This document shows, one piece after another, positions 31,360 to 42,038 of a stretch of 64,000 nucleotides of DNA. The notes below the pieces were generated by a model. It had not been told where the DNA came from, ran no database searches, and saw only the letters and a list, made by a program, of their open reading frames with translations. Source of the stretch: Roseibacillus sp. (GTDB taxonomy: Bacteria > Verrucomicrobiota > Verrucomicrobiia > Verrucomicrobiales > Akkermansiaceae); the NCBI GenBank assembly GCA_965242925.1, contig CBDEUM010000013.1, forward strand, positions 1-64,000, given 5' to 3'. Every line of letters starts with the position of its first letter. Within the stretch, counting starts at the first letter, position 1. The position numbers and the translations under genes are program-made.

Positions 31360-33447
31360 TCAAATGGGCAACTCTGGATCACTCTCGCTCTCCGGTTCAT
31401 CTTCGACGGACCGGTTACAATGTGGCCGCAACCCCTTGGCATGGAGGTCGGCGCCCTCATGCTGCGATCCGCCGAGCTTCCGGCCACTCAGAGCATAAAG
31501 CCCCGGCAGGCGTCCATCCGACCCCGCTCGGGGCTGCTTCTCGACCGGTGCCGCGGGAGCGGGCCCGGCCTTGATTCGCACTTTCTTTTTGCCCTTTGCC
31601 GGAGGCTTCTTGCCCTTCTCACTTACCACTTTTCTGGCGGGGCGCTTCGGCTCATCACCATCCGATCTCTTGGCCCGGTGAATCGTGCTGTCCGCCATCA
31701 GCAGAACGTAGCCCTGGTTGAGCAACCAGTGCAGGTCGTGATACCAACCCGTCTTCTCCTCATCGCCGATCTCATTGGGGAGAAGATCGCCCCAGAGATG
31801 CTCCAGCTTCCTGCCGGAGTTCTCCGTGATCCAGCTCAGCAGCAACATCAGGCGATCTGCAATCGCGATCTCATCCGGCACCGGATGAGGCCGGGAGGGA
31901 CCAGCCTTCAACTGGCGGCGCCACTTGAAGACTGCCACATGACGCCCCGAAAGTTGTCGACACAGAATGGGAGTCAATTTGCCCGGATAGCGCCGTTCTT
32001 CCGCCACGGTGTAGCGCAGGAGAGTCAGCAATCCCGGGGACAGAAGATTACCACGGATATTGCCTCCTACCCAGGCCCGGTCGGTCTCCTGGAAGGCGTC
32101 CTCGAAATGATGCTCCCCGAAGTGGCGCTCCACTTCCGGCAAATCTACCAGTTCAGGACCGGCCTCCTCGGACCCAGTCGCCTCCTCGGACCCAGTCGCC
32201 TCCCCGGACCCAGTCGTCTCCCCGGACCCAGTCGTCTCCCCGGACCCAGTCGCCTCCTCGGACCCAGTCGCCTCCTCGGACCCAGTCGTCTCCCCGGACC
32301 CAGTCGCCTCCTCGGACCCAGTCGCCTCCCCGGACCCAGTCGTCTCCCCGGACCCAGTCGTCTCCCCGGACCCAGTCGTCTCCCCGGACCCAGTCGTCTC
32401 CCCGGACCCAGTCGTCTCCCCGGACCCAGTCCTCTCCTCGGATTCGCCGGCCTCCTCCCCCGCCGCCGTCGATTCTCCAGTCTCCTCCACACTCTCCTCG
32501 ACTACCGCACTCTCATCCTCGGTTTCCTCTTCCACTTCCGGAACCACCCCACCGGTAGGACGGTAGGTCACTCGCGTGGACATTTTCTTCAACCAGGCGC
32601 CCACGGCCTCCTCGCCTCGCTCCATCTTGATCTTCCTCTTGTAGGCATCGAGCGACATGTTCCCGAAGCGCTCACGATGAAGTTGCATCAGCGCCGGTTG
32701 ATAGCCGTGGTAGTTGGGAGGCCCCAGCCACTCGCCGCTGATGCCACACCGGGCCACGGTCTGGAAGTTTCCCCGCGGCGGATCTGTTTCTGAAACCACT
32801 TCCTCGTAGTAGTCGCCCCGCCAGTCCGCCCGCCAGAAATGCTGAAGTGCCTCCTCCCGGCTCAACCAGAGCGAACCATCTTTCTTGCAGCGGACGATTC
32901 CCCCGGACTCCTTGCCACTGCGGAAGGTCACGTTAAAACGTTCACGCGCACCAAGAACCAGCTTGGCGAGATCAAAAACCGAGTAGGTACGCCCACCCGC
33001 AAGGATCTCCTTGGCCAGACCGTCCAATCCTTCTTCTACCGGCATGACCGCTGCCGTAACCCCCTCCGGTGGCGCCACCTCTTCGCGCTCCCGCGAACCG
33101 TGGCGATCGTCGTCGCGGCGACCTTGTCCGCCTTTCTGAAACCTCTTCCCCCGGTCACCCCGACCTTCACGCCGGTCGTCATGGCGACCCCGCCCATCGT
33201 CCCTTCGGCCCCCGCGCCGGTCATCACGGCGACCCCGGTTCCGATCGCGATCTCGCCCGTCCTGCCGTTTCCCTTCACCCCGGCCGCCATCACGTTCCCG
33301 GTCGTCATCGCGACGACGCCTGCCCTTGGCTTCCCCACTCTTCTTCCCCTCCGTCTCGCCCCGGGCCCAAGCCGGGCCAAGATCGAGAGCGTTGAGACTA
33401 AGAAGGGGGGTCTTGGAAGACTCCGCTGTTGGGGCTTCGTCGCTCAT
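31360..33447 (-). CDS. Hypothetical protein with R/D/G-rich disordered N-terminus and acidic tandem-repeat insert
   Basis: 695-aa ORF with globular-looking blocks (YSVFDLAKL, CGISGEWLGPPNYH, DLHWLLNQGYV) separated by low-complexity regions. Confidence 0.8.
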   Translation of the reverse strand: MSDEAPTAESSKTPLLSLNALDLGPAWARGETEGKKSGEAKGRRRRDDDRERDGGRGEGKRQDGRDRDRNRGRRDDRRGGRRDDGRGRHDDRREGRGDRGKRFQKGGQGRRDDDRHGSREREEVAPPEGVTAAVMPVEEGLDGLAKEILAGGRTYSVFDLAKLVLGARERFNVTFRSGKESGGIVRCKKDGSLWLSREEALQHFWRADWRGDYYEEVVSETDPPRGNFQTVARCGISGEWLGPPNYHGYQPALMQLHRERFGNMSLDAYKRKIKMERGEEAVGAWLKKMSTRVTYRPTGGVVPEVEEETEDESAVVEESVEETGESTAAGEEAGESEERTGSGETTGSGETTGSGETTGSGETTGSGETTGSGEATGSEEATGSGETTGSEEATGSEEATGSGETTGSGETTGSGEATGSEEATGSEEAGPELVDLPEVERHFGEHHFEDAFQETDRAWVGGNIRGNLLSPGLLTLLRYTVAEERRYPGKLTPILCRQLSGRHVAVFKWRRQLKAGPSRPHPVPDEIAIADRLMLLLSWITENSGRKLEHLWGDLLPNEIGDEEKTGWYHDLHWLLNQGYVLLMADSTIHRAKRSDGDEPKRPARKVVSEKGKKPPAKGKKKVRIKAGPAPAAPVEKQPRAGSDGRLPGLYALSGRKLGGSQHEGADLHAKGLRPHCNRSVEDEPESESDPELPI
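32161..32430. repeat. Coding tandem repeat, 15 x 18 bp
   Basis: Unit (C/G)G(C/T)CTCC(C/T)CGGACCCAGT; encodes TGSGET/TGSGEA/TGSEEA on the minus strand. Confidence 0.97.
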
Positions 33448-33523
33448 CAGTCAGTGATGCTTACAGAAAAGACCTCCACCTTGGAACGCGCAAGAAGCAA
33501 AAGCAGACGTTCCCCTGTCACAC

Positions 33524-34543
33524 TCAACCCATCGGATAGCGAATCTCGCGGCTCACTTCGTCGATCCGCTCCAGAACCCCGGACTCAAGTTCAAGTCCGG
33601 CCGCATCGAAAATCACGTCGAGTTGATCTTCATGGGTGGCCCCCACGATGGTGGAGGCCACAAAATCGTGCTGCTTGCTCCAGGCGATCGCCATGGTGAC
33701 CGGATGCAGACCCGCCTCTGCCGCAATCCCCATGAAACGATCCGTCGATTCCAGGCAACGCCCGTTGGCGAAACGCTCCGCCATCGCACGCTGCCGCGGC
33801 TCGGTGGCATTCATGTAATGTGTGAAGCGAGCCCCCTCGGGTCGCTTCCCGTCATTGTACTTGCCACTGAGGACCCCCCCCGCGAGCGGGCTGTAGGGAA
33901 GCAGGCTCACCTGCTCACGCCGGCTGACCTCAGCCAGTTCATCCTCGAAACGACGATTATTCAGCGAAAAATTGTTCTGGATCGTGTCGTAGCGGGCCAG
34001 ACCATGCGCATCGCTGGTCCAGAGCGCCTTCATCATGCCGTAACTGTCCTCGTTGCTCACCCCGATCGCGCGCACTTTTCCCTCCTCTACAAGTTCGTCG
34101 AGAGCTCCCAAGGTGTCCTCCGGACGCATTCCATGGTCGGGCCAATGAACCTGGTACAGATCAATGTAATCCGTCCGAAGGCGCTGCAGACTGCCCTCCA
34201 CGGCCTTGCGGATGTGATTGCGATCCAGTGCCGCCTTGTCGTTGCGCACCGGCGGGTTGAACCAGCCATGAGCGGCGCCCGCCACCTTGGTTGCGATGAT
34301 GATCCCGTCGCGAGGCTTGGTCGCCAGCCACTCGCCCACCCAATCCTCGGTCCGGCCCACCAGTCCCGCAGTGGGCGGAACCGGATAAAGCTCCGCGCTG
34401 TCATAGAAGTCGATCCCTGCTTCAAAAGCCCGATCCATGATCCGGAAGGACATCTCCTTCTCCGCCTGCGTTCCGAAGGTCATGGTCCCCATGCAGATCT
34501 CGCTCACCACGATTCCGCTCGTCCCCAACCGCCGCTGCTGCAT
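33524..34543 (-). CDS. Aldo/keto reductase (Tas-like)
   Basis: [52 protein letters not shown]. Confidence 0.92.
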   Translation of the reverse strand: MQQRRLGTSGIVVSEICMGTMTFGTQAEKEMSFRIMDRAFEAGIDFYDSAELYPVPPTAGLVGRTEDWVGEWLATKPRDGIIIATKVAGAAHGWFNPPVRNDKAALDRNHIRKAVEGSLQRLRTDYIDLYQVHWPDHGMRPEDTLGALDELVEEGKVRAIGVSNEDSYGMMKALWTSDAHGLARYDTIQNNFSLNNRRFEDELAEVSRREQVSLLPYSPLAGGVLSGKYNDGKRPEGARFTHYMNATEPRQRAMAERFANGRCLESTDRFMGIAAEAGLHPVTMAIAWSKQHDFVASTIVGATHEDQLDVIFDAAGLELESGVLERIDEVSREIRYPMG

Positions 34544-34777
34544 GAATGCAATCCTCTCAGGGATCGGGAGAGGAGCAAGACCGGACCCGGCAACCGCGGG
34601 CATTCCGATCAAGAGAGTTGCCGGAACCCGGGAAGGCCTGAATCTGCTCCGGCGAAAATTCTTTCATCAACGACAAACTTTTCCCTATGGCCGACACTGA
34701 TACTGATTCACCTTGCGTGCAGACTGCTCCCCGAACCGTTCTCTCCTGCAGCCTCGAATATCAACCCGCAACCGCAA

Positions 34778-36361
34778 ATGAAGCATAGCAAGTTCATCCT
34801 CTTCCTTTCTCTCCTCTCCCTGCATGCCTCGGCCCGGGAAACATCAGAGGCCCACGGATTCGTGTTCGATGACCGCAATCGGAACGGCAAACGCGATGAG
34901 GGCGAACCGGGCCTCCCCGGGGTCCTGGTCTCGAACCAACGGGAAGTCGTCTCCACTGCGCCGGACGGCTCATGGTCTCTTCCGGTTCGCGACGACTGCA
35001 TCTTCTTCGTGGTCAAGCCGCGCGGCTGGATGCCTCCCGTGAGCGACCAGCAACTCCCCCGCTTCTACTACGTGCACAAACCCAAGGGCTCTCCTCAGAG
35101 CCGCTTTCCCGGCGTGAAACCCACTGGCCCTCTGCCTGCTTCCATCGACTTCGCCCTCACGCGTCAGAAAGAACCCGACAAGTTCAAGGCACATTTCTTC
35201 GGCGACACTCAATCGCGCGACGAAAAGGAACTCGGCTACATGGCCCGGGACACCATCCAGGAACTGATCGGCACCGATGCCAGGTTCGGAGTGACCCTGG
35301 GTGACATCCTCTTCGATGACCTCTCCCTCTTTGAAACACACAACAGCATTGTGGCTCTGGTGGGCGTGCCGTGGTGGAACGTGATTGGCAATCACGACCT
35401 CAACTTCGATGCTCCTGACGACAGGACCTCTGATGAAACCTTCGAGCGCGTTTACGGTCCGGCCTACCACGCCTTCCAGTGGGGCCCCGTGAATTTCGTG
35501 GTCATGGACAATGTCATGTGGGGCGGTTCCAAGGAATCGGGTGGCACGGGCAGCTACACCGGGGAGCTGGGCGATGCGCAGCTGACCTTCCTTGAGAACC
35601 TCCTGCCCCATCTGCCCGAGGACGAACTGCTCATGCTGATGATGCATATTCCTCTCAAGACAACGGAGGATCCCCTCAAGCCCAGTCCCGAACGCGATCG
35701 CCTCTTCCGCCTGATAGAGAAGCGGCCCTACACCATGTCCATCTCGGGCCACACCCACTGGCACGCGCACATGTACCTCGATGAGAAAGACGGATGGAAG
35801 GGCAAGAAGCCCCATCACCATGTCGTGAATGTCACGGTCTGTGGAAGCTGGTGGCGGGGCGAGCCGGATGAACTCGGTATTCCACACTCCCTGGGAAGAG
35901 ACGGAGCCCCCCGCGGTTACTCCACCATTACCTTTGACGGGACCCAGGCGATAGTGGACTTCAAGGCCAGCCGGCGACCGGCTGATTATCAGCTTCGCAT
36001 CGCAGCCCCCTCCGTAGTGAAACCCGGGACAAAAGAGGTAACCGTCCACGCCAACGTCTTCAACGGATCCCGGCACTCCAAGGTCCGCATGCGAGTGGGA
36101 AAGGATGGCCAATGGTCTGGGAAGATCACCATGCTCAAGACCGTGGCACTCGACCCCGACTTCCTCGCCCTCAAGAAGCGTGAGGAAAGCCGCGGTGACA
36201 AGCTGGAGGGGCCCACTCTCCCGGGAGCGGTTCCCTCCCACCATCTCTGGAAGGCCACCCTGCCCGTCAAAGGCTTAACCGGTGTCCACCGTCTCTGGGT
36301 TCAGACCGAGGACATGTACGGCCGCACTTACGACGCCTCTCATGTCATCCGCATCGAGTGA
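34778..36361 (+). CDS. Secreted calcineurin-like metallophosphoesterase with N- and C-terminal accessory domains
   Basis: Signal peptide MKHSKFILF; VFDDRNRNG...GVLVSN; GDTQ, LGD, GNHD, HIP, GHTH motifs. Confidence 0.88.
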   Translation: MKHSKFILFLSLLSLHASARETSEAHGFVFDDRNRNGKRDEGEPGLPGVLVSNQREVVSTAPDGSWSLPVRDDCIFFVVKPRGWMPPVSDQQLPRFYYVHKPKGSPQSRFPGVKPTGPLPASIDFALTRQKEPDKFKAHFFGDTQSRDEKELGYMARDTIQELIGTDARFGVTLGDILFDDLSLFETHNSIVALVGVPWWNVIGNHDLNFDAPDDRTSDETFERVYGPAYHAFQWGPVNFVVMDNVMWGGSKESGGTGSYTGELGDAQLTFLENLLPHLPEDELLMLMMHIPLKTTEDPLKPSPERDRLFRLIEKRPYTMSISGHTHWHAHMYLDEKDGWKGKKPHHHVVNVTVCGSWWRGEPDELGIPHSLGRDGAPRGYSTITFDGTQAIVDFKASRRPADYQLRIAAPSVVKPGTKEVTVHANVFNGSRHSKVRMRVGKDGQWSGKITMLKTVALDPDFLALKKREESRGDKLEGPTLPGAVPSHHLWKATLPVKGLTGVHRLWVQTEDMYGRTYDASHVIRIE

Positions 36362-36417
36362 CCGTGCCGGGGTAGCCCCTCTCGTAGCAAGAACTATCAG
36401 AACCCAACATCGTTCCC

Positions 36418-37815
36418 ATGCCACATCTCACCCTGTCCGTCCTCCTTTCCGCCCTTCTGGTCCTCTCCGTGACGGCTGTTTCCGGACAGAAGGCAAAGCC
36501 CAACATCATCCTCCTCTACGCTGATGACCTGGGCTACACTGATCTCTCCTGCCAGGGATCCGATTACTACCGCACCCCCAACATCGACCGCCTTGCGAAA
36601 GAGGGAATGACCTTCACCAATGCTTATGCGGCGGCCGCCAATTGCGCTCCCTCGCGGGCCTCCCTCATGACGGGACTCTACACCCCGCGCCACGGCGTTT
36701 TCACGGTTGGGAATTCGGGTCGAGGGAAAGCCGTCCACCGCCGCCTCATCCCGATCTCCAACAAGACCGAACTCACCAGGAAACTGCCCACCATGGCCCA
36801 GGTTCTCAAGGGAGGCGGCTACCGCACGGCGGTGGCAGGCAAATGGCATCTCTCCGATGATCCCACCGCCTATGGATTTGATACCAATTTCGGCGGCCTG
36901 ACGTGGGGGGCTCCGAAATCCTACTTCTCTCCCTATAGAAATCCCAAGCTGGAGGATGGACCCAGGGGCGAGCACCTCCCTGCCCGCCTCGCCACCGACC
37001 TCTGCAACTGGATACGTTCGACCCAGAAGAAGAAGGATGGGCCCTTCTTCGTCTACTTCCCCTTCTATTCCGTCCACACGCCGATCCAGGCCCGCGCGGA
37101 TCTCACCGCCAAATACGCGGGCAAATCAGGCACCCATCACAGAAACGCGAAGTACGCCGCCATGATCGAGGCCATGGACCTCGCGGTGGGACGAATTCTC
37201 GACCTGCTGGATGAACTCGAACTGGCGAAGGACACCCTCGTGGTCTTCACTTCCGACAACGGCCCCCACGGAGCAGTCTCGAATGCCAAGCCCCTGCGTG
37301 GCTCGAAGGGAATGTTCTACGAAGGGGGCATCCGTGAGCCCTTCCTCGTGCGCTGGCCCGGCAGGATCAGGGCCGCCTCGCGACTGGATACAGCCATCCA
37401 CCAGATCGACCTGCTCCCCACCTTCGCCGCCGTAGCCGGGACCGAGGCCCCTGAACTGCAGGACGGCCTGGACCTCAGCCCTCTCTTCCGCGGGGACTCC
37501 CTGCCCGACCGCCCCCTCTTCTGGCACTTCCCTGCCTACCTCCAGGGCTACGGCAAGGACCTCGGCTCGCCCTTCCAGCATTTCCGGACTACACCCTGCG
37601 GAGTGGTCCGGCAGGGACCGTGGAAGTTGATCGAGTACTTCGAGGACGGCACCCTCGAGCTCTATAACCTCCAGCAAGACTCCTCCGAGAAGAACAATCT
37701 GGCCGAAAAGGAAACAAAGCGCCGGGAACAACTCCACGACCTCCTCAAGTCCTGGCGCAAAACCACCAAGGCACCGGTACCCACGGAAAAGAATCCAAAG
37801 TTCCAGAGCAACTGA
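36418..37815 (+). CDS. Sulfatase (Cys-type)
   Basis: PNIILLYADDLG, CAPSRASLMTG, GKWHL, SDNG, YEGGIREP. Confidence 0.93.
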   Translation: MPHLTLSVLLSALLVLSVTAVSGQKAKPNIILLYADDLGYTDLSCQGSDYYRTPNIDRLAKEGMTFTNAYAAAANCAPSRASLMTGLYTPRHGVFTVGNSGRGKAVHRRLIPISNKTELTRKLPTMAQVLKGGGYRTAVAGKWHLSDDPTAYGFDTNFGGLTWGAPKSYFSPYRNPKLEDGPRGEHLPARLATDLCNWIRSTQKKKDGPFFVYFPFYSVHTPIQARADLTAKYAGKSGTHHRNAKYAAMIEAMDLAVGRILDLLDELELAKDTLVVFTSDNGPHGAVSNAKPLRGSKGMFYEGGIREPFLVRWPGRIRAASRLDTAIHQIDLLPTFAAVAGTEAPELQDGLDLSPLFRGDSLPDRPLFWHFPAYLQGYGKDLGSPFQHFRTTPCGVVRQGPWKLIEYFEDGTLELYNLQQDSSEKNNLAEKETKRREQLHDLLKSWRKTTKAPVPTEKNPKFQSN

Positions 37816-37943
37816 TTCCCTGCATACCCTCTTTGGGCCTTCCCGGCCCTGCCCTTGATCACTTTCGGCAAACCTGACCCGGAAAACCTGGATGGTTTCC
37901 CGCTTGCCCGGGACTCCGGGCGGACTAAATTCAGAGACCCCCC

Positions 37944-40900
37944 GTGCTCTTCCCTCGACTGACCGCCAAAACTCTGCACCGGCTTGCCGAGGTCAGGATT
38001 CCGGAGTGCCTGCCGCACGGAGGAAAGGGGTCGACACTTTGCGCTACCCTGCTCTCTGCGCTGCTGTTCCCGACTATTCCTTCCCCGGGCGCCGAACAAT
38101 TCCTCGTCACGCCCACCGCGGTCACCTCCTCCTCCTCGGCAACCGACTTCTTTGCCGCTTCCAATCTCATCAACAACAGCGGGCTCGACCCGGTGCCCAC
38201 CCTGACGAACTACCAGAACGCGCAGCATGGCTCGGCCAGTCCCTCCCGGGCCTGGGCCACCGCCGCCCGGGGCCGTGACTACTTTGCCAGCGGCCAACCA
38301 AATCCCGCCCTCACCTTCACCCTCCCCGACCTCTATCAGATTACCCACCTCGTGGTCTGGGGGTTCTACTACACTTCGCCCAATAACTCTGAAGCCAGGA
38401 AATTCACCCTGGAGTTTTCGACCAACAGCGGGCGGACCTGGACGGGCCAGACCGACGTTACCCACAGGAAAACCGCCGATGAGGGCGAGGCCATCCCGCT
38501 GGATCGTAAATTCCAGGCCAACGCAGTGCGGCTCATCGTCACCGACAACTACTATGTTTTCCGGGGTGTCGGCGGGGAGCGCGTCGGACTGGGTGAAGTC
38601 AAATTCATCGGACAACCGCCCGCCGGCCCCGACCCATCTGTTTCGCTCCGTCCCCTCGTCGATTTCGGGAGCAATTCCCCCGGCGAACCGATCCTGTCCC
38701 GAACCCTCGCCATCGAAAACGTGGGAAGCCAGCCTCTGACCATCGCCCCCCTTGCACCGGTTCCTCCCTTCGTGATCAGCGGCGGACCGCTTGAAATTCC
38801 ACCCGGTGTGTCCCGTCCACTCACCATTGACCTGCCGCCGGTCCCGGGCTGTCACCTCGTCACCCTCGAACTGGCCACCAATGATCCAGCCCGCCCCATT
38901 GTGCCAGTCAATCTCATGGGCGCCTACGACTGCCTCCCGAATGCACCTTCCCAACCAGATATCCTTCCGGAAGAGGGCACCTTCGTGGATCCCTTCGAAG
39001 TCACCATCACGAGCGAAGACCAGGGGGTGATCATTTACACCACGGATGGATCAATCCCCTCCTCTGACAATGGGATTCCCTACACTGGTCCGGTCGTAAT
39101 CGACTCGTCCACCCAGTTGCGTGCTGCCGTGGCAAGAGCCGGAAGCGCTTCAAAACCCCAGACCAGAAGCTACCTCCGCCTCACTGGAGGACTCGAAACC
39201 TACACCTCTCCCATCCCCATCGCGATCATCGACAACTTCGGTGGCGGCACCATTCCCAACAAGGAATGGTCCTTCGCCACCCAGACTTCAGCAGGGCTCC
39301 AGCAACTTCCACGCCAACCCGCCAGCCTCCACCTCATTGACACCAACCCGGAGTCCGGCAGGGCCTCCATCACGGGCCTGCACGACCTCACCGAGCGCAT
39401 CGGAATCAGGGTGCGCGGTTCCTTTTCCTCCACCTGGAACCCCAAGCCCTACTCCCTGGAGACATGGGACGAGTACGATGCCGACAAGAGCACCTCTCCC
39501 CTGGGCCTTCCTGGAGAATCTGACTGGATCCTCTACTATCCTCACCCCCTCTACGACCGCCAACTCATTGCCAACACCTTCTCCTGGGAACTCTCCCGAC
39601 AGACCGGGCGCTACGGCACACGCTTCCGCCTCGTGGACACCTTCATCAATCAGGACGGCGGAGATCTCACTCCCGCCGACCGCGTCGGAGTCTACGCATT
39701 CGCCGAGAAGGTCACAAGAGACGACGATCGCATTGAGTTCGAACCGCTCTCCGAAGATGGCAGCACGGGGGGATGGCTCCTCAGCATCAATCGCATGGAT
39801 CCCATCCCCGTGGGTGGCTTTCCCACTGAAAATGGCGCCCTTGCTCCCCAGTTTTTCCACACTGCCGGCCCCGATCGCATGCTGCAGACCCCTCCCAACC
39901 AACTCAACCGCGAAGGCGACGACGATATCCCACGCCAGTACAATGGATTCTTTAATTTCGAGGATCCCAACGGCTACCGTATCAATGCCGCCCAACGCAA
40001 CGCGATCGAGAACTGGTTCGAGGAATTCGAAGACGTGCTCTATGACGACGCCCGCTGGCTCGATCCCGTGGATGGCTACCGGCGCTACGTCGACACCCGC
40101 GACTTCATCGATTACTTCCACCTTCACAATCTTGCCAAGCAGGGCGACAGCATGGCGCTGAGCCTCTTCCCCTGGTTTTCCTCCAGGGACCACAAGCTCC
40201 GTATCGGTCCGATTTGGGATTACAACCTGAGTGCCTACTGGACCGAACCCACCGAAGAGCTCTTCTACCGCAACGACCGGATCTGGTACCCGCGCTTCTT
40301 TGCGGATCCCCGCTTCATGCGGGAATATATAGATCGTTGGTACGAACTGCGCCGCGGACCGTTCGCCACTCCGAATCTGACCGGACTCGTCAACCAGCAG
40401 GCCAGACAGTTTACCTCAACCCTCGCCATTCGACAGGGCCTGAGCGTCAGAGAATGGTCCACCGAACTGGCGGACATGAAGACCTACCTCTCCATCCGGA
40501 CAAGCTGGATTGACTCGCAATTCTTCCGACCGCCCACCTTCAGTCACCCGGGTGGCACCGTCAGCGGGCAATTCACCCTCTCCATTCTCAACGACACCGG
40601 AAAGGTGGGCACCATTTTCCTTACCCTGGATGGCAGTGATCCCATCGATGGTGGAGGAACCGTCTACACCGATCCCATCTCCTTGAATGCGACCGCTCAT
40701 GTCAGGGCCCGGGTTCGCTCGACAAACGGTGAGTGGTCCGCCCTTAACGAGGCCTCCTACGTGACCGGAACGCCGCCGAAACCCGGGGACCTCGTCCTCT
40801 CCGAAATCATGTATCATCCTCTTGGTGACCCCGGGGCGGAGTTCATCGAAGTCCTCAACATCAATCCGGTGGAGGCACTCGACCTCGCCCTCATCCGGTT

Positions 40901-41618
40901 CGCCGCGGGGGTGGAATTCACCTTTCCGGTGGGGGCCACTCTCGCCCCGGGCGAACGAATTATCGTGGTTCGCAACCGGTCAGCCTTCGAAGCCGTCCAC
41001 GGCATGGCACACAACGTGGTGGGAGAGTTCCAACTCGACAGCGCCCTCGATAACAGCGGCGACCGGATCATCCTCCTCGACGCCAGTGGCAGTGTCCTCC
41101 TCGACTTCAGTTACGGGGACGATCCGCCCTGGGCCGAGTCCGCGGATGGGGACGGTGACTCTCTCATCCTGATCGATCCCCTCGCCAATCCCGATCACGG
41201 GGTTTTCTCGAGCTGGCGCAGCAGCACTACTACCGACGGAAACCCAGGCAACGACGACCGCGCGACCTTCTCCGGTGATCCCGTCCGCGATCGTGATAAC
41301 GATGGCATTCCCGCCCTCGTCGAATTTCTCCTTGGAACCCCGGAAATCCGGGAAGACCTCATCTCCGACTTCTTCACCTGGAACCACACTCCCGGTGGCG
41401 AGACGGAACTTCTCCTCGCCTTCAGCCTCGCCACCCGGGCCATTGATATGCCCGCCATCGAGTTCAGCAACGACCTCGAGACCTGGCAGGAGGTGACCGT
41501 GGAGCCCGCCTTCGATGAACATCTCACTGCCGGACGCGCCCGTTACCGCTGGCTCCTGCCCGCCCCCCAGCCCCCGCAGCGCTATTTCCGCATCCAGGTG
41601 GCGGAAACAGGGCGTTGA
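37944..41618 (+). CDS. Large secreted CotH-kinase-family protein with discoidin-like, Ig/Fn3-associated and lamin-tail domains
   Basis: IYTTDGS and FLTLDGSDP Fn3-associated motifs; RVRGSFS, ESDWIL, GPIWDYN CotH motifs; SEIMYHP...EFIE lamin-tail domain. Start codon uncertain. Confidence 0.82.
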   Translation: MLFPRLTAKTLHRLAEVRIPECLPHGGKGSTLCATLLSALLFPTIPSPGAEQFLVTPTAVTSSSSATDFFAASNLINNSGLDPVPTLTNYQNAQHGSASPSRAWATAARGRDYFASGQPNPALTFTLPDLYQITHLVVWGFYYTSPNNSEARKFTLEFSTNSGRTWTGQTDVTHRKTADEGEAIPLDRKFQANAVRLIVTDNYYVFRGVGGERVGLGEVKFIGQPPAGPDPSVSLRPLVDFGSNSPGEPILSRTLAIENVGSQPLTIAPLAPVPPFVISGGPLEIPPGVSRPLTIDLPPVPGCHLVTLELATNDPARPIVPVNLMGAYDCLPNAPSQPDILPEEGTFVDPFEVTITSEDQGVIIYTTDGSIPSSDNGIPYTGPVVIDSSTQLRAAVARAGSASKPQTRSYLRLTGGLETYTSPIPIAIIDNFGGGTIPNKEWSFATQTSAGLQQLPRQPASLHLIDTNPESGRASITGLHDLTERIGIRVRGSFSSTWNPKPYSLETWDEYDADKSTSPLGLPGESDWILYYPHPLYDRQLIANTFSWELSRQTGRYGTRFRLVDTFINQDGGDLTPADRVGVYAFAEKVTRDDDRIEFEPLSEDGSTGGWLLSINRMDPIPVGGFPTENGALAPQFFHTAGPDRMLQTPPNQLNREGDDDIPRQYNGFFNFEDPNGYRINAAQRNAIENWFEEFEDVLYDDARWLDPVDGYRRYVDTRDFIDYFHLHNLAKQGDSMALSLFPWFSSRDHKLRIGPIWDYNLSAYWTEPTEELFYRNDRIWYPRFFADPRFMREYIDRWYELRRGPFATPNLTGLVNQQARQFTSTLAIRQGLSVREWSTELADMKTYLSIRTSWIDSQFFRPPTFSHPGGTVSGQFTLSILNDTGKVGTIFLTLDGSDPIDGGGTVYTDPISLNATAHVRARVRSTNGEWSALNEASYVTGTPPKPGDLVLSEIMYHPLGDPGAEFIEVLNINPVEALDLALIRFAAGVEFTFPVGATLAPGERIIVVRNRSAFEAVHGMAHNVVGEFQLDSALDNSGDRIILLDASGSVLLDFSYGDDPPWAESADGDGDSLILIDPLANPDHGVFSSWRSSTTTDGNPGNDDRATFSGDPVRDRDNDGIPALVEFLLGTPEIREDLISDFFTWNHTPGGETELLLAFSLATRAIDMPAIEFSNDLETWQEVTVEPAFDEHLTAGRARYRWLLPAPQPPQRYFRIQVAETGR

Positions 41619-41632
41619 ACGTGACGCTTCAC

Positions 41633-41812
41633 TCAACAGGGATCCTCGGGCGTTCCCTGCCCCACTCCCGACGCCTCTTCTCCTTTCCCCGGGATCGTCC
41701 GCGAATCCGTGATCTCGTCTACCAGATCCTGTGCACTCGGAGTGCGTCCAACCGCAGACACCACCGGCAGCAACCCGGGCACCACTGCGAAAAGCAACCG
41801 GGCAAACGACAT
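41633..41812 (-). pseudogene. Possible small secreted protein or 5' gene remnant
   Basis: ATG at 41812 gives MSFARLLFAVVPGLLPVVSA (signal-peptide-like) followed by 39 aa, inside a 420-bp gap. Confidence 0.3.
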
Positions 41813-42038
41813 CACCAGACAAACGTGATCTGCCTCCGGTGGTTGGCGAGGCCACAGTTCCACCATAATCCACCCGAGGACGCGGCGCGGTACCGCGCGG
41901 CGCCACCTGTCTACCCTTCCAGCGGCATTGCATCCACGCAAACGGAGCTTGAGATTTTCTCCAGCCCGATTCACCCTCTCCCACCCCGCAGACTCGAAAC
42001 TGCTTTCCCCACAAGGTTCGCCCTGCCTCCTACCTTCC

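Noticed and set aside
32161..32430. Possible CRISPR array
   Set aside because: Head-to-tail units with no unique spacers, in frame within a CDS, and no cas genes.
31255..32793. ORFs with (GPSRLP)n and (GPGRRL)n repeats
   Set aside because: Alternative-frame readings of the 18-bp repeat within the minus-strand gene.
33623..34777. Apparent 385-aa N-terminal extension of the metallophosphoesterase ORF
   Set aside because: Mostly antisense to the aldo/keto reductase. The signal peptide begins at ATG 34778.
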